Source: Promethearchaeota archaeon
GTDB taxonomy: Archaea > Asgardarchaeota > Lokiarchaeia > Sigyniarchaeales > SOKP01
Assembly: GCA_048940925.1 (NCBI GenBank)
Contig: JBHLOC010000006.1
Span: forward strand, 32,001 to 96,000
DNA length: 64,000 nucleotides
Direction: 5' to 3'
The notes beneath the pieces are model-generated. The model ran no database searches. It had not been told where the DNA came from and saw only the letters and a list, made by a program, of their open reading frames with translations. This document shows positions 51,310 to 62,112 of the stretch, one piece after another; the first letter of the stretch is position 1, and the number at the start of each line of letters is the position of its first letter. The position numbers and the translations under genes are program-made.

Positions 51310-51735
51310 CTATTCGAAGAATTCTTCACCTAATTCCATAGCAAGCCCTAGTGTTTCTCCATATGCTATTGCATCCTGAAGATTTCCTTCTATTACGAGA
51401 TCTCCTGACATATATGCACTAGTAGAGTCAATCTCACCTGCACTCAATCCAGTCCAAGTTGCTTGAGCTGCTTTCATAGTAACGGTTGCCTCATCATTCG
51501 TACCTTCCCCATAATCAACAGTTCCTTCACCGAAACTTACCCAGTATTTAAAATCAACATCAGTAACTTCCATCTGGGCAATAATTTTATCCATATCTTC
51601 TAATTCTTCTTTTAATTCTTCATTTTCCTCTGCTAGTTGTTTAACAAATTCAAACATTTTAAGTGCATCAGAAGGTTGGCTTGGACCTTTGCTTCTCATT
51701 TCTTTTAGTTTATTTACTAAATTTTCGTCAACCAT
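51310..51735 (-). CDS. SCP2 sterol/lipid carrier domain protein
   Basis: GEIDSTSAYMSGDLVIEGNL; ATG 51735 preferred. Confidence 0.85.
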   Translation of the reverse strand: MVDENLVNKLKEMRSKGPSQPSDALKMFEFVKQLAEENEELKEELEDMDKIIAQMEVTDVDFKYWVSFGEGTVDYGEGTNDEATVTMKAAQATWTGLSAGEIDSTSAYMSGDLVIEGNLQDAIAYGETLGLAMELGEEFFE

Positions 51736-51962
51736 TTTTATATTCAACTCAATATCTTTTTTTAAAAATAATATTAAGGTTATGGTTTGAAATGACATTT
51801 TATTTTAAAATTTTATTTTTTGATGATTATAGAGAAATGGAATAATGAGAATGGTAACTCGAGATTTTTGTCGGAATTTTGTAGAATATAGTAAATTTAC
51901 AAGATTGATCAATTTGAATAGAAATAAAAAGAATATAATTTTATTTCTGTATAAAGCTATGA

Positions 51963-53168
51963 TTATAAACAACAATTTTTATACTTTTTTCCGCTTCCAC
52001 AAGGACATGGTAAATTTCTGCCGATTTTTTTTGTTTTTATTTGAATTGATTCATCAACTTTTTTACTATCTCTTAGCTGTTCCGCTAGTACCTTAAAGTA
52101 GGGTAACGAATAAGTATAAAACTTTTTCCATCCTTTACACAAAACACTTAATTTATTAAAAGAATTAGTATTACCAATACGGAATTTTTGACAATCTCCA
52201 TTGCAGAGATATATGTAGGAACATGTATAGCAGTTTTTATTGTATAAAGACTTTTGCATTCCAAATTTATGATATATGGGAGATTTTAAAAAATCCTCCC
52301 ATTCACTGGTCATAATATTTCCTAATAATAGATCTTTCTGGACAAAAAAATCACAGGGATAAATATTACCATCATATTCAACTACAAAATATTGACGACA
52401 ATCATTTCCCATATAGCATACAGAATATTGTCTATTTAGTAAGAAATTTAGTATTGAATCAAATAATCGGATTGACACCCGATTAATATCTCCTTTTATC
52501 CACTCGTCAAATAAATCGCACAAGAAATTACCCCATTCTTTTCCTGTTATTGAGAAAGGTTTTGGATTATAATTTTCATCAAATTCTATACACGGAATAT
52601 ATTGGTGATAATCAAAATTGTTGTTTTTTAAATATTGATAAATTTCTCTGCCTTTTTTTACAGTTTCATTATTTATTAACGTTAAAATATTAAATTCAAC
52701 GTTGTAGTTTTTTAATCGTTCAATACCACGCATAACAAGCGAGTGGGAAGACTTTTGATTTATTGTTTTTCGATAATAATTATGAAGGTGTGCAGGTCCA
52801 TCAAGGCTTACTCCAATAAGAAAGTTATAATCGGCAAAAAACTCCGCCATCTCATCGGTAATAAGAGTCCCATTTGTTTGAAGTCCATTACTTATTGTTG
52901 CACCAGAAGGGGCATATCGCTTTTGCAATTTTATAACATTTTTAAAAAATTCTAAACCCATTAAAGTAGGTTCTCCACCTTGCCATCCGAAAATATAATT
53001 ATTATTCTGATTTGTCTTCATATATTTAGCAATTATTTTTTCCAAGACGTCATCAGACATTCGAGGTTTATTTTCTGCACTATTTAGGTGATCTATATAA
53101 AAACAGTATTCACACCTTAGATTACAATCAGCTGAAACAGGTTTTATCAGTAAGGAAAATGGTTCCAT
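51963..53168 (-). CDS. Anaerobic sulfatase maturase (radical SAM/SPASM) with SEC-C motif
   Basis: KPVSADCNLRCEYCFY, WQGGEPTL, QTNG, YPCDFFV, GRNLPCPCGSGKKYKNCC. Confidence 0.92.
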   Translation of the reverse strand: MEPFSLLIKPVSADCNLRCEYCFYIDHLNSAENKPRMSDDVLEKIIAKYMKTNQNNNYIFGWQGGEPTLMGLEFFKNVIKLQKRYAPSGATISNGLQTNGTLITDEMAEFFADYNFLIGVSLDGPAHLHNYYRKTINQKSSHSLVMRGIERLKNYNVEFNILTLINNETVKKGREIYQYLKNNNFDYHQYIPCIEFDENYNPKPFSITGKEWGNFLCDLFDEWIKGDINRVSIRLFDSILNFLLNRQYSVCYMGNDCRQYFVVEYDGNIYPCDFFVQKDLLLGNIMTSEWEDFLKSPIYHKFGMQKSLYNKNCYTCSYIYLCNGDCQKFRIGNTNSFNKLSVLCKGWKKFYTYSLPYFKVLAEQLRDSKKVDESIQIKTKKIGRNLPCPCGSGKKYKNCCL

Positions 53169-53383
53169 ATTAAATTTTACTTTAACTCACAAGTCTTTTA
53201 TCTATTTATATTTAAGAACCAACTTCTTAAATAATGCTCTTGATAAAAAGTTTATCCTTAAGTTATTATACTTTCATTTAAAATACTTATTTATTGTGCA
53301 TTTATTTACATCCTAATTACACTTATATAAAGATTTATAATCTTGAGCAAATTTAATACATTTAATATCTATTATTCGGTAAT

Positions 53384-54658
53384 TTGACAAGCATGTTACG
53401 AGTTGGATTAATTGGTTGTGGTGATATTGCATACTTAAATCTATTAGGATACCTTCATTCGCAGGATACAGAACTAGTTGCTGTTTCTGATATAGATATT
53501 AAAAAAGCTAGTAACAAATTAGAACAATGGGCTTTGAGAACTTTAAAAGTTTATCCAGATTATCGGAAAATGATTGATAGGGAAGATTTAGATATAGTTG
53601 AAATTTTAACTCCACATCATCTTCATGGACCAATGACGGTATATTGTGCTAAAGCTGGAGTCTCAGGAATTTCAGTTCAAAAACCAATGGCTCATACCAT
53701 AACAGATTGTGAAAAAATGATTAAAGTTTGTGAAGATGAAAATGTTAAACTAAAACTATTTGAGAATTTTCGCTTTTATCCAATATACCTTAAAGCAAAA
53801 GAATTATTGGATAAAGGGATTATTGGAGAATTATTAAATTTTAGAATTAATACGATACATGCTGGAGGGCCTAGTATGTTAAGAGATCCTAAATCAACGG
53901 GATGGCGTCAAAATTTTGATATATGTGGAGGAGGTCCATGGGTTTATGATGATGGTATTCATAAATTTTCAATGGCTCTCTGGCTAATGGGTCAAAAACG
54001 AGTTGAAAAAGTATATAGTTGGATTGATTATTTCTCAGTTGCTTTTGATGGACCAAGTTATATATTGTGGAAATATTCCCGCAAATATCCTGATGATCCT
54101 CCAAAATATGGTATTATGGAAATTACATTAGCTCCAAATCTCTATTACCCAAGCAACTACTATAAATGCGATGAATTTATTGAAATATCTGGCAAAAAAG
54201 GATCAATGTGGATAAATCAATGTACCTGTGGTGGTAATTTTGTATCAAAAAGTTCTCAGTTTCCTCCAATTGTAGTATATTCTGAAGGAGAAGTACACAT
54301 TTATGGTAAAAATCTACCAAGAGATTGGAGATATTCTTTTATAAAGTCAACAGAACATTTCATAGAAGTTATGAAAAAAGGAGGAGAACCAGTTTATACA
54401 GGAGAACAAGGAAAAAATCTATCTATATTTGCTAAAATGGCACATATCTCAGATCAGCAAAAGAGAACTGTTTTTTGGGAAGAAATCACTCCTGAAAGTG
54501 AAAAAAATCGATCTTGTTTCGTTGAAGCTCCTAAAGATGTCAATACTGCGGGATTACATAGATTTTTGTCAAGAAAAAGAGGGGATTTAAGAAAAGGTAT
54601 CAAACAAGGTTTGATTCACAAAGAATTGAAATACGATAAAGATTTATTATTAGATTAG
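53384..54658 (+). CDS. Gfo/Idh/MocA oxidoreductase
   Basis: GLIGCGDIA, TPHHLH, QKPMA, DDGIH. Confidence 0.88.
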   Translation: MTSMLRVGLIGCGDIAYLNLLGYLHSQDTELVAVSDIDIKKASNKLEQWALRTLKVYPDYRKMIDREDLDIVEILTPHHLHGPMTVYCAKAGVSGISVQKPMAHTITDCEKMIKVCEDENVKLKLFENFRFYPIYLKAKELLDKGIIGELLNFRINTIHAGGPSMLRDPKSTGWRQNFDICGGGPWVYDDGIHKFSMALWLMGQKRVEKVYSWIDYFSVAFDGPSYILWKYSRKYPDDPPKYGIMEITLAPNLYYPSNYYKCDEFIEISGKKGSMWINQCTCGGNFVSKSSQFPPIVVYSEGEVHIYGKNLPRDWRYSFIKSTEHFIEVMKKGGEPVYTGEQGKNLSIFAKMAHISDQQKRTVFWEEITPESEKNRSCFVEAPKDVNTAGLHRFLSRKRGDLRKGIKQGLIHKELKYDKDLLLD

Positions 54659-55764
54659 TTTATTTCGTCAAGAAATATATCTCTTTTTTCTTCAACAGAT
54701 TTGATAGCAGCTAAATCAAATTTTAGTATATATCTTGCCTGATCCCCTGAAAGTAAAGGTTCATTATTATGTTTTATCGCATCTACAAAATGATTTGTTG
54801 CGTTAATAAAGCTATATTTCCAGTCTTTTTCAAAATCTGTATATGTTTCTACTTTACCATCTCTTATAATAACTATAGGTGAGAAAATTTCTGAAGCGGA
54901 TACTTTATTTCCTATAGATGTCGCTTGGTTTATCTTAATTATACCCCGACTAGCTATAATCTCTATAAATTCGTCTACAGGATAATATTTTGAATCTGAA
55001 AAATTCATTTCTGGCATTAATGCAAATTCCATATTTCCATATTGAGGAACCACATGTTCCCTATTCTGTTTATATTTAAACATTACATAAGCTGGAGCGT
55101 CTAATCCTTGATAATTATCTGTCCATGCGAATACTTTTTCAATTTCTTCTTTAAAAAACCACCAAGCCAAAGAAAAAGCATGCCACCCATTATCTAATAG
55201 TACAGGGGATCCTTTTTTTGCACCTCCTATTTTTTTTGGATCTTTTCTCCATTCTTTAGCACTTTGTGGAATTTCCCAACCACCTTTAGCCCCCATAGCA
55301 GTTTTAATTCGAATTGAAGATGGATCCCCGATATAATCTTTATCAAGTAACTCTTTAGCTTTCATTATGTGAGGGGCAAAAATAAAATTCTCATAAATTG
55401 AAAGAATTGAACCTGAATTTTTACAAGTATGTATCATATCATCTGCTTCTTTTAATGTTAACGCCATTGGTTTTTGAACTGAAATTCCCTTTATTCCTTT
55501 TCGGGCAGCATAAATAGTCGCATCAGCATGAAGATGATGAGGAAGAAGTATTTCCACAATATCCAATTCTTCCTTATCTATCATTTCCTTATAGTCGGAA
55601 TAAATGGGGATCTTTTTGTTTAAGTTAAAAGTTTTAACTTTTTGTTTTGCTTTTTCAATAGTTCTATTGCATAAGCACGTGATTTCTACATCATTTCGTC
55701 TTAAATATCCTAATATATTAAGATCAAAGATTACTCCAGTACCAATGATCCCTACTTTTAACAT
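54655..55764 (-). CDS. Gfo/Idh/MocA oxidoreductase (convergent paralog)
   Basis: GIIGTG, LPHHLH, QKPMA, DNGWH. Confidence 0.88.
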   Translation of the reverse strand: MLKVGIIGTGVIFDLNILGYLRRNDVEITCLCNRTIEKAKQKVKTFNLNKKIPIYSDYKEMIDKEELDIVEILLPHHLHADATIYAARKGIKGISVQKPMALTLKEADDMIHTCKNSGSILSIYENFIFAPHIMKAKELLDKDYIGDPSSIRIKTAMGAKGGWEIPQSAKEWRKDPKKIGGAKKGSPVLLDNGWHAFSLAWWFFKEEIEKVFAWTDNYQGLDAPAYVMFKYKQNREHVVPQYGNMEFALMPEMNFSDSKYYPVDEFIEIIASRGIIKINQATSIGNKVSASEIFSPIVIIRDGKVETYTDFEKDWKYSFINATNHFVDAIKHNNEPLLSGDQARYILKFDLAAIKSVEEKRDIFLDEIN

Positions 55765-55853
55765 AAACTATTCAAACATGAAATCATTATTAATCTTATC
55801 TAATATCCTTTGGTAAAAATAGTTATCTAAAAAGGGATAAAAGGTAATAACCA

Positions 55854-56759
55854 TTGATTGATGAATTATATAAACAAATTACATCTTTTTTTGAAACCAG
55901 CAAACTTAATCGTCTTCACGAAAATTATGGTGGAGGAAAAATCTTTTCCAATCCTAAAATTGGGATTGCTAGTGGTGACGATCCAATTTTTCAAAAGTTA
56001 AAAAAAGTTGTTGGTCCAGAACATCTAACGCCTTTAGAATTATGGTTAACAGAAGGTCAGGATAAATTAAAAGCTTCAGATTTACGTGTTATTTCAATTG
56101 TGTTCCCTTATGTTGATAAAATTCGAAAAGAGAGTGAGAATGTTAAAAAACGATTACGGATAACATTACCAGCAGAAATATATTCTGTGGGAAGGAATTA
56201 TGCTAATGCTTTTAAGAAGGATACATGTAGAGAAATTATTGATTTTTTTAAGAAAAGAAATTGTAAGGCTGTAGCTGGAATGTTAAGCGATTCATTTAAT
56301 TTAATTGTAAAGGGAGGATTTCGCTCAAATTGGTCAGAGCGTCATATAGCATTTGCAGCTGGCTTAGGAACATTTAGTTTACATGAGGGTTTAATAACAG
56401 AGGTTGGGTGTAATATTAGATTAGCATCTGTTGTAACTAATGCACCTCTCAAAGTTACTCCAAGAAATAGTGATAACCCATATGATAATTGTTTATATTA
56501 TTCAAAGGGTACATGTAGAAAATGTGAAGAAAAATGTCCAGGGAATGCCATTGATAAAGATGGTCATAATAAAGTTAAATGTTATGAATATGGTCGAAAA
56601 GTAGCAAGAAAAGTAGTTGCTAGAATAGGTAAAATTTTAAAACCTCATATTCGTCAGATTGATGGTAAATTAAGACCATCTACTTTTCCTGTTGGTTGCG
56701 CATTTTGTCAATTTGGAGTACCTTGCATGGAGAGAAACCCAATGGCAAATTATGAGTAA
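55854..56759 (+). CDS. QueG/reductive-dehalogenase-like Fe-S (cobalamin?) protein
   Basis: WSERHIAFAAGLG, RLASVVT, C...CRKCEEKCP, CAFCQFGVPC. Confidence 0.8.
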   Translation: MIDELYKQITSFFETSKLNRLHENYGGGKIFSNPKIGIASGDDPIFQKLKKVVGPEHLTPLELWLTEGQDKLKASDLRVISIVFPYVDKIRKESENVKKRLRITLPAEIYSVGRNYANAFKKDTCREIIDFFKKRNCKAVAGMLSDSFNLIVKGGFRSNWSERHIAFAAGLGTFSLHEGLITEVGCNIRLASVVTNAPLKVTPRNSDNPYDNCLYYSKGTCRKCEEKCPGNAIDKDGHNKVKCYEYGRKVARKVVARIGKILKPHIRQIDGKLRPSTFPVGCAFCQFGVPCMERNPMANYE

Positions 56760-56785
56760 CCTTTTCAAACAAGAACTAAATTTGA

Positions 56786-57553
56786 TTGATCATGTTGAAC
56801 TATGCTATTGTGAGAAAACCTGCTAAAAATTTTCAAGATGGCATAACTTCTTCTAATCTAGGGAAACCAGATTACGAAAAAACTAAGTTTCAACACTCAC
56901 TCTATATTGAAGCATTGAAAAAATGTAACCTAAAAATTATTAAATTAAAGGCTGATGAAAGGTTTCCAGACTCCACATTTATAGAAGATACAGCAGTGGT
57001 AAATAAAGATATAGCGATAATTACTAATTTAGGTGTAACTAGTCGAAAAGGTGAGGAAGTAGAAATTAGCACTGTTTTAAAGAGTTTTTATGATAACATA
57101 GAAACAATCAAAAGTCCTGGAACTCTAGAAGGAGGAGACATCCTAAGAGTAGAGAACCAGTATTTTATTGGACTTTCTAAGCGAACAAATAAGGAAGGAG
57201 CAAGACAAATAATAAAAATCTTAAAGAAATATGATTATTCATGCAAAATTATACCATTAGTTAACGTCCTTCATCTTAAAACAGGAATATCTTACATTGG
57301 TAATGATAATATGGTAGTATCCGGCGAATTTATTGTTAATCCTATCTTCAAAAGGTATAATTTAATTCAAGTCCCTAAAGATGAGAGTTATGCTGCCAAT
57401 TGTATTAAAATAAATAATTTTGTGCTAATACCTAAGGGATTTAAAAAGCTTAATATGTCAGTAATAAATTTGGGTTATAAAACTATTGAAATTGAAATGT
57501 CAGAATTTAGAAAAATGGATGGAGGTCTTTCTTGTTTATCTATAAGATTCTAA
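56786..57553 (+). CDS. Dimethylarginine dimethylaminohydrolase/amidinotransferase family
   Basis: FPDSTFIED, LEGGD, RTN, LHLKTG, DGGLSCLS. Confidence 0.9.
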   Translation: MIMLNYAIVRKPAKNFQDGITSSNLGKPDYEKTKFQHSLYIEALKKCNLKIIKLKADERFPDSTFIEDTAVVNKDIAIITNLGVTSRKGEEVEISTVLKSFYDNIETIKSPGTLEGGDILRVENQYFIGLSKRTNKEGARQIIKILKKYDYSCKIIPLVNVLHLKTGISYIGNDNMVVSGEFIVNPIFKRYNLIQVPKDESYAANCIKINNFVLIPKGFKKLNMSVINLGYKTIEIEMSEFRKMDGGLSCLSIRF

Positions 57554-57635
57554 TATTTCAGAATTTATGATAGATCTCTAAATTGCCTATTAAGTAATTA
57601 ATTTTATATTATCTCTATTGGTAGAATAATTAACT

Positions 57636-59303
57636 ATGTCATATCAGAATGAAGAATTGGATCCAAGTAAAGCATATGAAAGAGCTTTATATCGGGCTTG
57701 TGGATTTTCAAATGAAGATTTACGAAAACCTAAAATTGCTATAGTAAATTCGTGGAATGAAATCAATCCTGGGCATATTCATTTACAAAAATTAGCTAAT
57801 ATCGTTAAAGCAGAAATTAGAAAGATAGGAGGAACTCCTATGGAATTTAACAGCATTGCAATTTGCGATGGAATTGCTAATTCGGGAGATTTCTCCAATT
57901 ATGTGTTACCTTCTCGAGAAATTATTGCTGCTTCTGTTGAATGCATGATAAAACCATATGCTTTTAATGGAATGGTGATGTTATGTTCATGTGATAAAAT
58001 TATACCCGGAATGCTTTTAGCTGCTGCTAGATGTAATATCCCTACAATTTTCTTAACTGGAGGTATTATGCTCCCCAAAATTTTTCAAAGTGGACCACTT
58101 AAAGGAAAAACATTTGTAACTTCAGATATTAAGGAAGCAATTGGGAAGTATAATGCAGGTATAATATCAAAAGAAGAATTTTTTCTTATCGAATCTGAAA
58201 CATGTTGTTCTCCAGGTGCTTGTAATATGATGGGTACAGCAAATACTATGGCATGTATTGTTGAAGCAATGGGACTTTCTTTACCAGATTGTGCAACAAT
58301 GAGTGCTGTAAGTAAAGAGAGAGAAAAACTATGTATAAAAACTGCAAAAACTATAATGAATTTAATCAAAAAGAATATTAGGGCTTTAGATATTATTACC
58401 CATGATTCGATCGAAAATGCTATCAAAGTTGCATTATCATTTGGTGGTTCCAGTAATATGATTCTACATCTATGTGCATTATCACATGAGATTGGAGGTA
58501 ATTTGAGTCATTTTGATTTCGATAAATTTAGCAAGTTAACTCCTTTATTAGCAAAGTTCAAACCAGCTTCAGAATATAATCTTTCTGAGTTTCATGAGGC
58601 TGGTGGTATTAAAGTTTTAATGAAAAAATTATCAAAATTATTAAATTTATCCACAAAAACAGTTCTAGGGTTAAGTCTTAAAGAATTTCTTGAAAATATT
58701 ACTTTTAAAGATTATCAAATTATAAGAAATTTAGAAGATCCGATCTATCGTGAAGGAGGGATTGCAGTTTTAAAGGGAACTTTAGCACCTGATGGAGCAA
58801 TTGTCAAGCAAAGTGCTATTGAACCAAAAATGAGACAATTTAGGGGGTATGCAAAAGTTTTTGATTGTGAGGAAGACTTAAGGGAAGCCTTATTTTCAAA
58901 AAAAATAAAGGAAGGAGATGTATTAATTATTCGTTATGAAGGCCCAAAAGGTTCTCCAGGGATGAAAGAATTATCAATTGCAGCAGCTATTTTAGTGGGA
59001 ATGGGATTAGATAATTCAGTCGTAATGATAACAGATGGAAGATATTCTGGAGCTACAAAAGGCCTATGCATTGGACATGTATGTCCTGAGGCTTATGAAG
59101 GTGGTCCTATTGCTATTGTTGAAGATGGAGATGAAATAGGAATTGATATTGAAAATCGCGTATTGAATCTACTAGTTACCCGAGAAGAAATAGAAAAAAG
59201 ACTGAGTAATTGGAAAAAACCACAACCAAAAATTAAGACAGGATATTTAAATCTTTACAAGAAAATTGTAAGCTCTGCAAAAGTAGGTGCTTATTTAAAT
59301 TAA
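57636..59303 (+). CDS. ilvD: Dihydroxy-acid dehydratase (IlvD/Edd family)
   Basis: [56 protein letters not shown]. Confidence 0.9.
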   Translation: MSYQNEELDPSKAYERALYRACGFSNEDLRKPKIAIVNSWNEINPGHIHLQKLANIVKAEIRKIGGTPMEFNSIAICDGIANSGDFSNYVLPSREIIAASVECMIKPYAFNGMVMLCSCDKIIPGMLLAAARCNIPTIFLTGGIMLPKIFQSGPLKGKTFVTSDIKEAIGKYNAGIISKEEFFLIESETCCSPGACNMMGTANTMACIVEAMGLSLPDCATMSAVSKEREKLCIKTAKTIMNLIKKNIRALDIITHDSIENAIKVALSFGGSSNMILHLCALSHEIGGNLSHFDFDKFSKLTPLLAKFKPASEYNLSEFHEAGGIKVLMKKLSKLLNLSTKTVLGLSLKEFLENITFKDYQIIRNLEDPIYREGGIAVLKGTLAPDGAIVKQSAIEPKMRQFRGYAKVFDCEEDLREALFSKKIKEGDVLIIRYEGPKGSPGMKELSIAAAILVGMGLDNSVVMITDGRYSGATKGLCIGHVCPEAYEGGPIAIVEDGDEIGIDIENRVLNLLVTREEIEKRLSNWKKPQPKIKTGYLNLYKKIVSSAKVGAYLN

Positions 59304-59323
59304 TTTATGTAAAATTATGTAAT

Positions 59324-60511
59324 ATGATAAATGAAAACCATATTTTAGAAAATCTTAAGGAATTTTCTTTTCCTAGATTATCAGGCACATCTTCAGAGAG
59401 AAAAAGCTTTGTTCTTGCCAAGAAAAAGATAGAAAGTCTAAATCTTATCCCAACTGTTCAGGAATTCTCTTTCAGTATATTCTATTCAAGATTTTATCCT
59501 AAAATATCCTTAGGTCTATTATTTTGGCTTCATTTTATTTTATTTTTAAATATCCAAATTATTTTTACCTATACAAATATTCTGTTAGTTGTATTCTTAC
59601 TTACCATTCTAATCATTATTACAAGGAAACCAGAAGAGATTAAAATTGGAAAGAAATTACACTCTCAAAATATTTTTGTAAAGATTCCTCCAAACACTGA
59701 ACAGAAAACGATAAAGAATGAAGAAAAAAATAGTAGATTATATTGGAATAAAGACATCCTTCTTTTTTCGCATTTAGATTCAAAAGGTCAATCATTTTCT
59801 GTAAAATTACGTATATTGCTATATTATTTATGGATTTTTAGTTTCATTATTGGATTATTAATTAATATCACGAATTCATATTATATACATCATTCAATTA
59901 TTTTTCTTCAGATCTTTGGTATTTTGGTTTTAATAATTAACGGACTGAGCACAATATTTATCAATATAAATAGAACGAATAATAATTCAAAAGGAGCGAT
60001 AGATAATGCATCTGGAATCTCAATTGTTATGGAATTGCTAAATTTTTATTCAAGTTCAAAAAACCGATTAAAAAATATTAATTTATGGTTTGTATTTACA
60101 GGAGCAGAAGAATCTGGAACCATGGGAATTAGGAATTTCTATAAAAAAATTAAGCATTTTGATAGAAACAGAACCTTTATCATCAATTTTGATTCAATTG
60201 CGAGAAAGGTTATTTTATATAATCATGGTCTCATTAATAATAAAAATTTTAAATCTAACAATTTTATTTTAGAGAATAAGGATATAATGAACTTAGAAAA
60301 AGCAAAGAGAATTTATATTGGTACATATAGTGATGGATTATTCCTTTTGAGTAAGAAATTTAAAGGACTTGGCAATGGAGATAAAACATCATATAATTCT
60401 ATCCATTCCATTTATGATGATATTGATAAAATTGATCCATTAGTTATAAAGAAGCTTTGTCAATTTTATACCATTTTATTAGATGAAATTGATTCCTCAA
60501 TAAAATATTAA
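59324..60511 (+). CDS. Membrane-embedded M28 family peptidase
   Basis: SHLDSK, GAIDNASG, GAEESG, NFD, IHS; four internal TM. Confidence 0.85.
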   Translation: MINENHILENLKEFSFPRLSGTSSERKSFVLAKKKIESLNLIPTVQEFSFSIFYSRFYPKISLGLLFWLHFILFLNIQIIFTYTNILLVVFLLTILIIITRKPEEIKIGKKLHSQNIFVKIPPNTEQKTIKNEEKNSRLYWNKDILLFSHLDSKGQSFSVKLRILLYYLWIFSFIIGLLINITNSYYIHHSIIFLQIFGILVLIINGLSTIFININRTNNNSKGAIDNASGISIVMELLNFYSSSKNRLKNINLWFVFTGAEESGTMGIRNFYKKIKHFDRNRTFIINFDSIARKVILYNHGLINNKNFKSNNFILENKDIMNLEKAKRIYIGTYSDGLFLLSKKFKGLGNGDKTSYNSIHSIYDDIDKIDPLVIKKLCQFYTILLDEIDSSIKY

Positions 60512-60532
60512 ATTTAAAAGTGTTGATTAGCA

Positions 60533-62071
60533 ATCGAATTCGATAGTAGAGATCTGGGAGTAGTCATAACTCCACCTAAAACAGTTGAATATATCATTTC
60601 TCGACTAGGACTAATTAAAAAAGAGCAAAAAATTTTGGATCCCTGTGTAGGATCAGGTATATTCGTAAAGAAGTTATTAGAACATGGAATAGGTAAGAAT
60701 CAAATAACTACTTATGATATAAATCCTAGTTTTAAACATGAAATAGAAAGGTTAGGGGTTTCATTTAAATTACACGATACGCTTCTGTCGTTATATCCAG
60801 ATTCCTATAACAAATTTGATTTTATTGTAGGAAATCCTCCCTATTTAAATAAAGCTAGTTTCTATATAAAAAAAAATAGAATAAATTTAAGACCTATTTA
60901 TGGTAAAATTAATGCCCATGAAACTTATGCTATGTTTATTGTTAACAGTATATGGCGATTAAAAGAAGGAGGAAAATTAGGGTTTATCACTAGCGATTCA
61001 TTTTTATCCCTAAGTACGCACAAAAAGTTAAGAAAATTCATTCTTAGAAACTGTTTAATTAATGAAATTCTTCTAGCACCAAAAAATTTGTTTTCTAATC
61101 AAAATGTAAGTACAAGTCCAGTTATTTTTTTTTTAACAAAATGTTCAGGTCAAAAAAATAAGAAAATTAGAGAAAATAATGTAATAAAGGTAATACCTAG
61201 GATTAATAGTGAGGAAGATTATGAAACTCCTCAAAATGTTAATGAAATTAAACAGATTAAGTATAATTCTTTACCTTTTAGTATATTTTTCGTTGATGTT
61301 GAAGACCAAGTGATTAAATTATTTGAAAATTCATCGAGATTAGAAGAGTATCTACAAGGATTTATTGGAATGCACACCCACGATAACAGAAAACATATAG
61401 CTGCTATTAAGGGTACTAAATTGGCTGAATTATTTTCCAAAAGAAATATGAAAATATCAGATTTAGATAAAAAATATAAGATTATAACTAGAGATGAATT
61501 AGAATCAAAAGATTGGAAACCATATTTAAAACAGGGGGGAGCAGATCAATATTACAGACCAATAATGGAAGCATTAGATTGGAATGTACATTCAAGACAA
61601 AATTACGATATTCCTAAAAATGTTCCATTTGAAGAAGAGGGTATAGTAATTAGCGGTATTAGTTCAAATTTAGCCGCACGATATATGCCAAAAGGGTGTT
61701 ATTGGGATTCGAATAAAGCAATTGGTTTTATAATTAAAGATAGAGCAATTTCAATTCTCTATATGTTAGGTTTACTCAATAGCTCTTTATATAATTATCT
61801 TGCTAAAGGAATTATCAATAATACAAATAGTATTCAAATAACAGGAATTCATGCCTTACCATTTATTTTACCAAACATTAAAACAAAAAGTAAAATTGAA
61901 GGAATAGTTAAACAAATCATTATAGGAAAAGAAAAAAACCAAAATTATGATTATAGAGATGCTCAAAAAGAAATAGATGATTTGGTTTATTCTTTATATT
62001 CAAATAAATTTAATTTTCCATCGAATCTAAAAAAAGAGTTAGATGAAACATACTCTATTTATAAAAATTAA
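60533..62071 (+). CDS. N6-adenine DNA methyltransferase (Eco57I/TaqI-like), orphan; start uncertain
   Basis: DLGVVITP (motif X, upstream of TTG 60635), LDPCVGSG, GNPPY, LKEGGKLGFIT, LGLLNS. Confidence 0.8.
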   Translation: MEFDSRDLGVVITPPKTVEYIISRLGLIKKEQKILDPCVGSGIFVKKLLEHGIGKNQITTYDINPSFKHEIERLGVSFKLHDTLLSLYPDSYNKFDFIVGNPPYLNKASFYIKKNRINLRPIYGKINAHETYAMFIVNSIWRLKEGGKLGFITSDSFLSLSTHKKLRKFILRNCLINEILLAPKNLFSNQNVSTSPVIFFLTKCSGQKNKKIRENNVIKVIPRINSEEDYETPQNVNEIKQIKYNSLPFSIFFVDVEDQVIKLFENSSRLEEYLQGFIGMHTHDNRKHIAAIKGTKLAELFSKRNMKISDLDKKYKIITRDELESKDWKPYLKQGGADQYYRPIMEALDWNVHSRQNYDIPKNVPFEEEGIVISGISSNLAARYMPKGCYWDSNKAIGFIIKDRAISILYMLGLLNSSLYNYLAKGIINNTNSIQITGIHALPFILPNIKTKSKIEGIVKQIIIGKEKNQNYDYRDAQKEIDDLVYSLYSNKFNFPSNLKKELDETYSIYKN

Positions 62072-62112
62072 GCAATAAAATAATTAATTAATAAATTTAA
62101 ATATGAGTTAAA

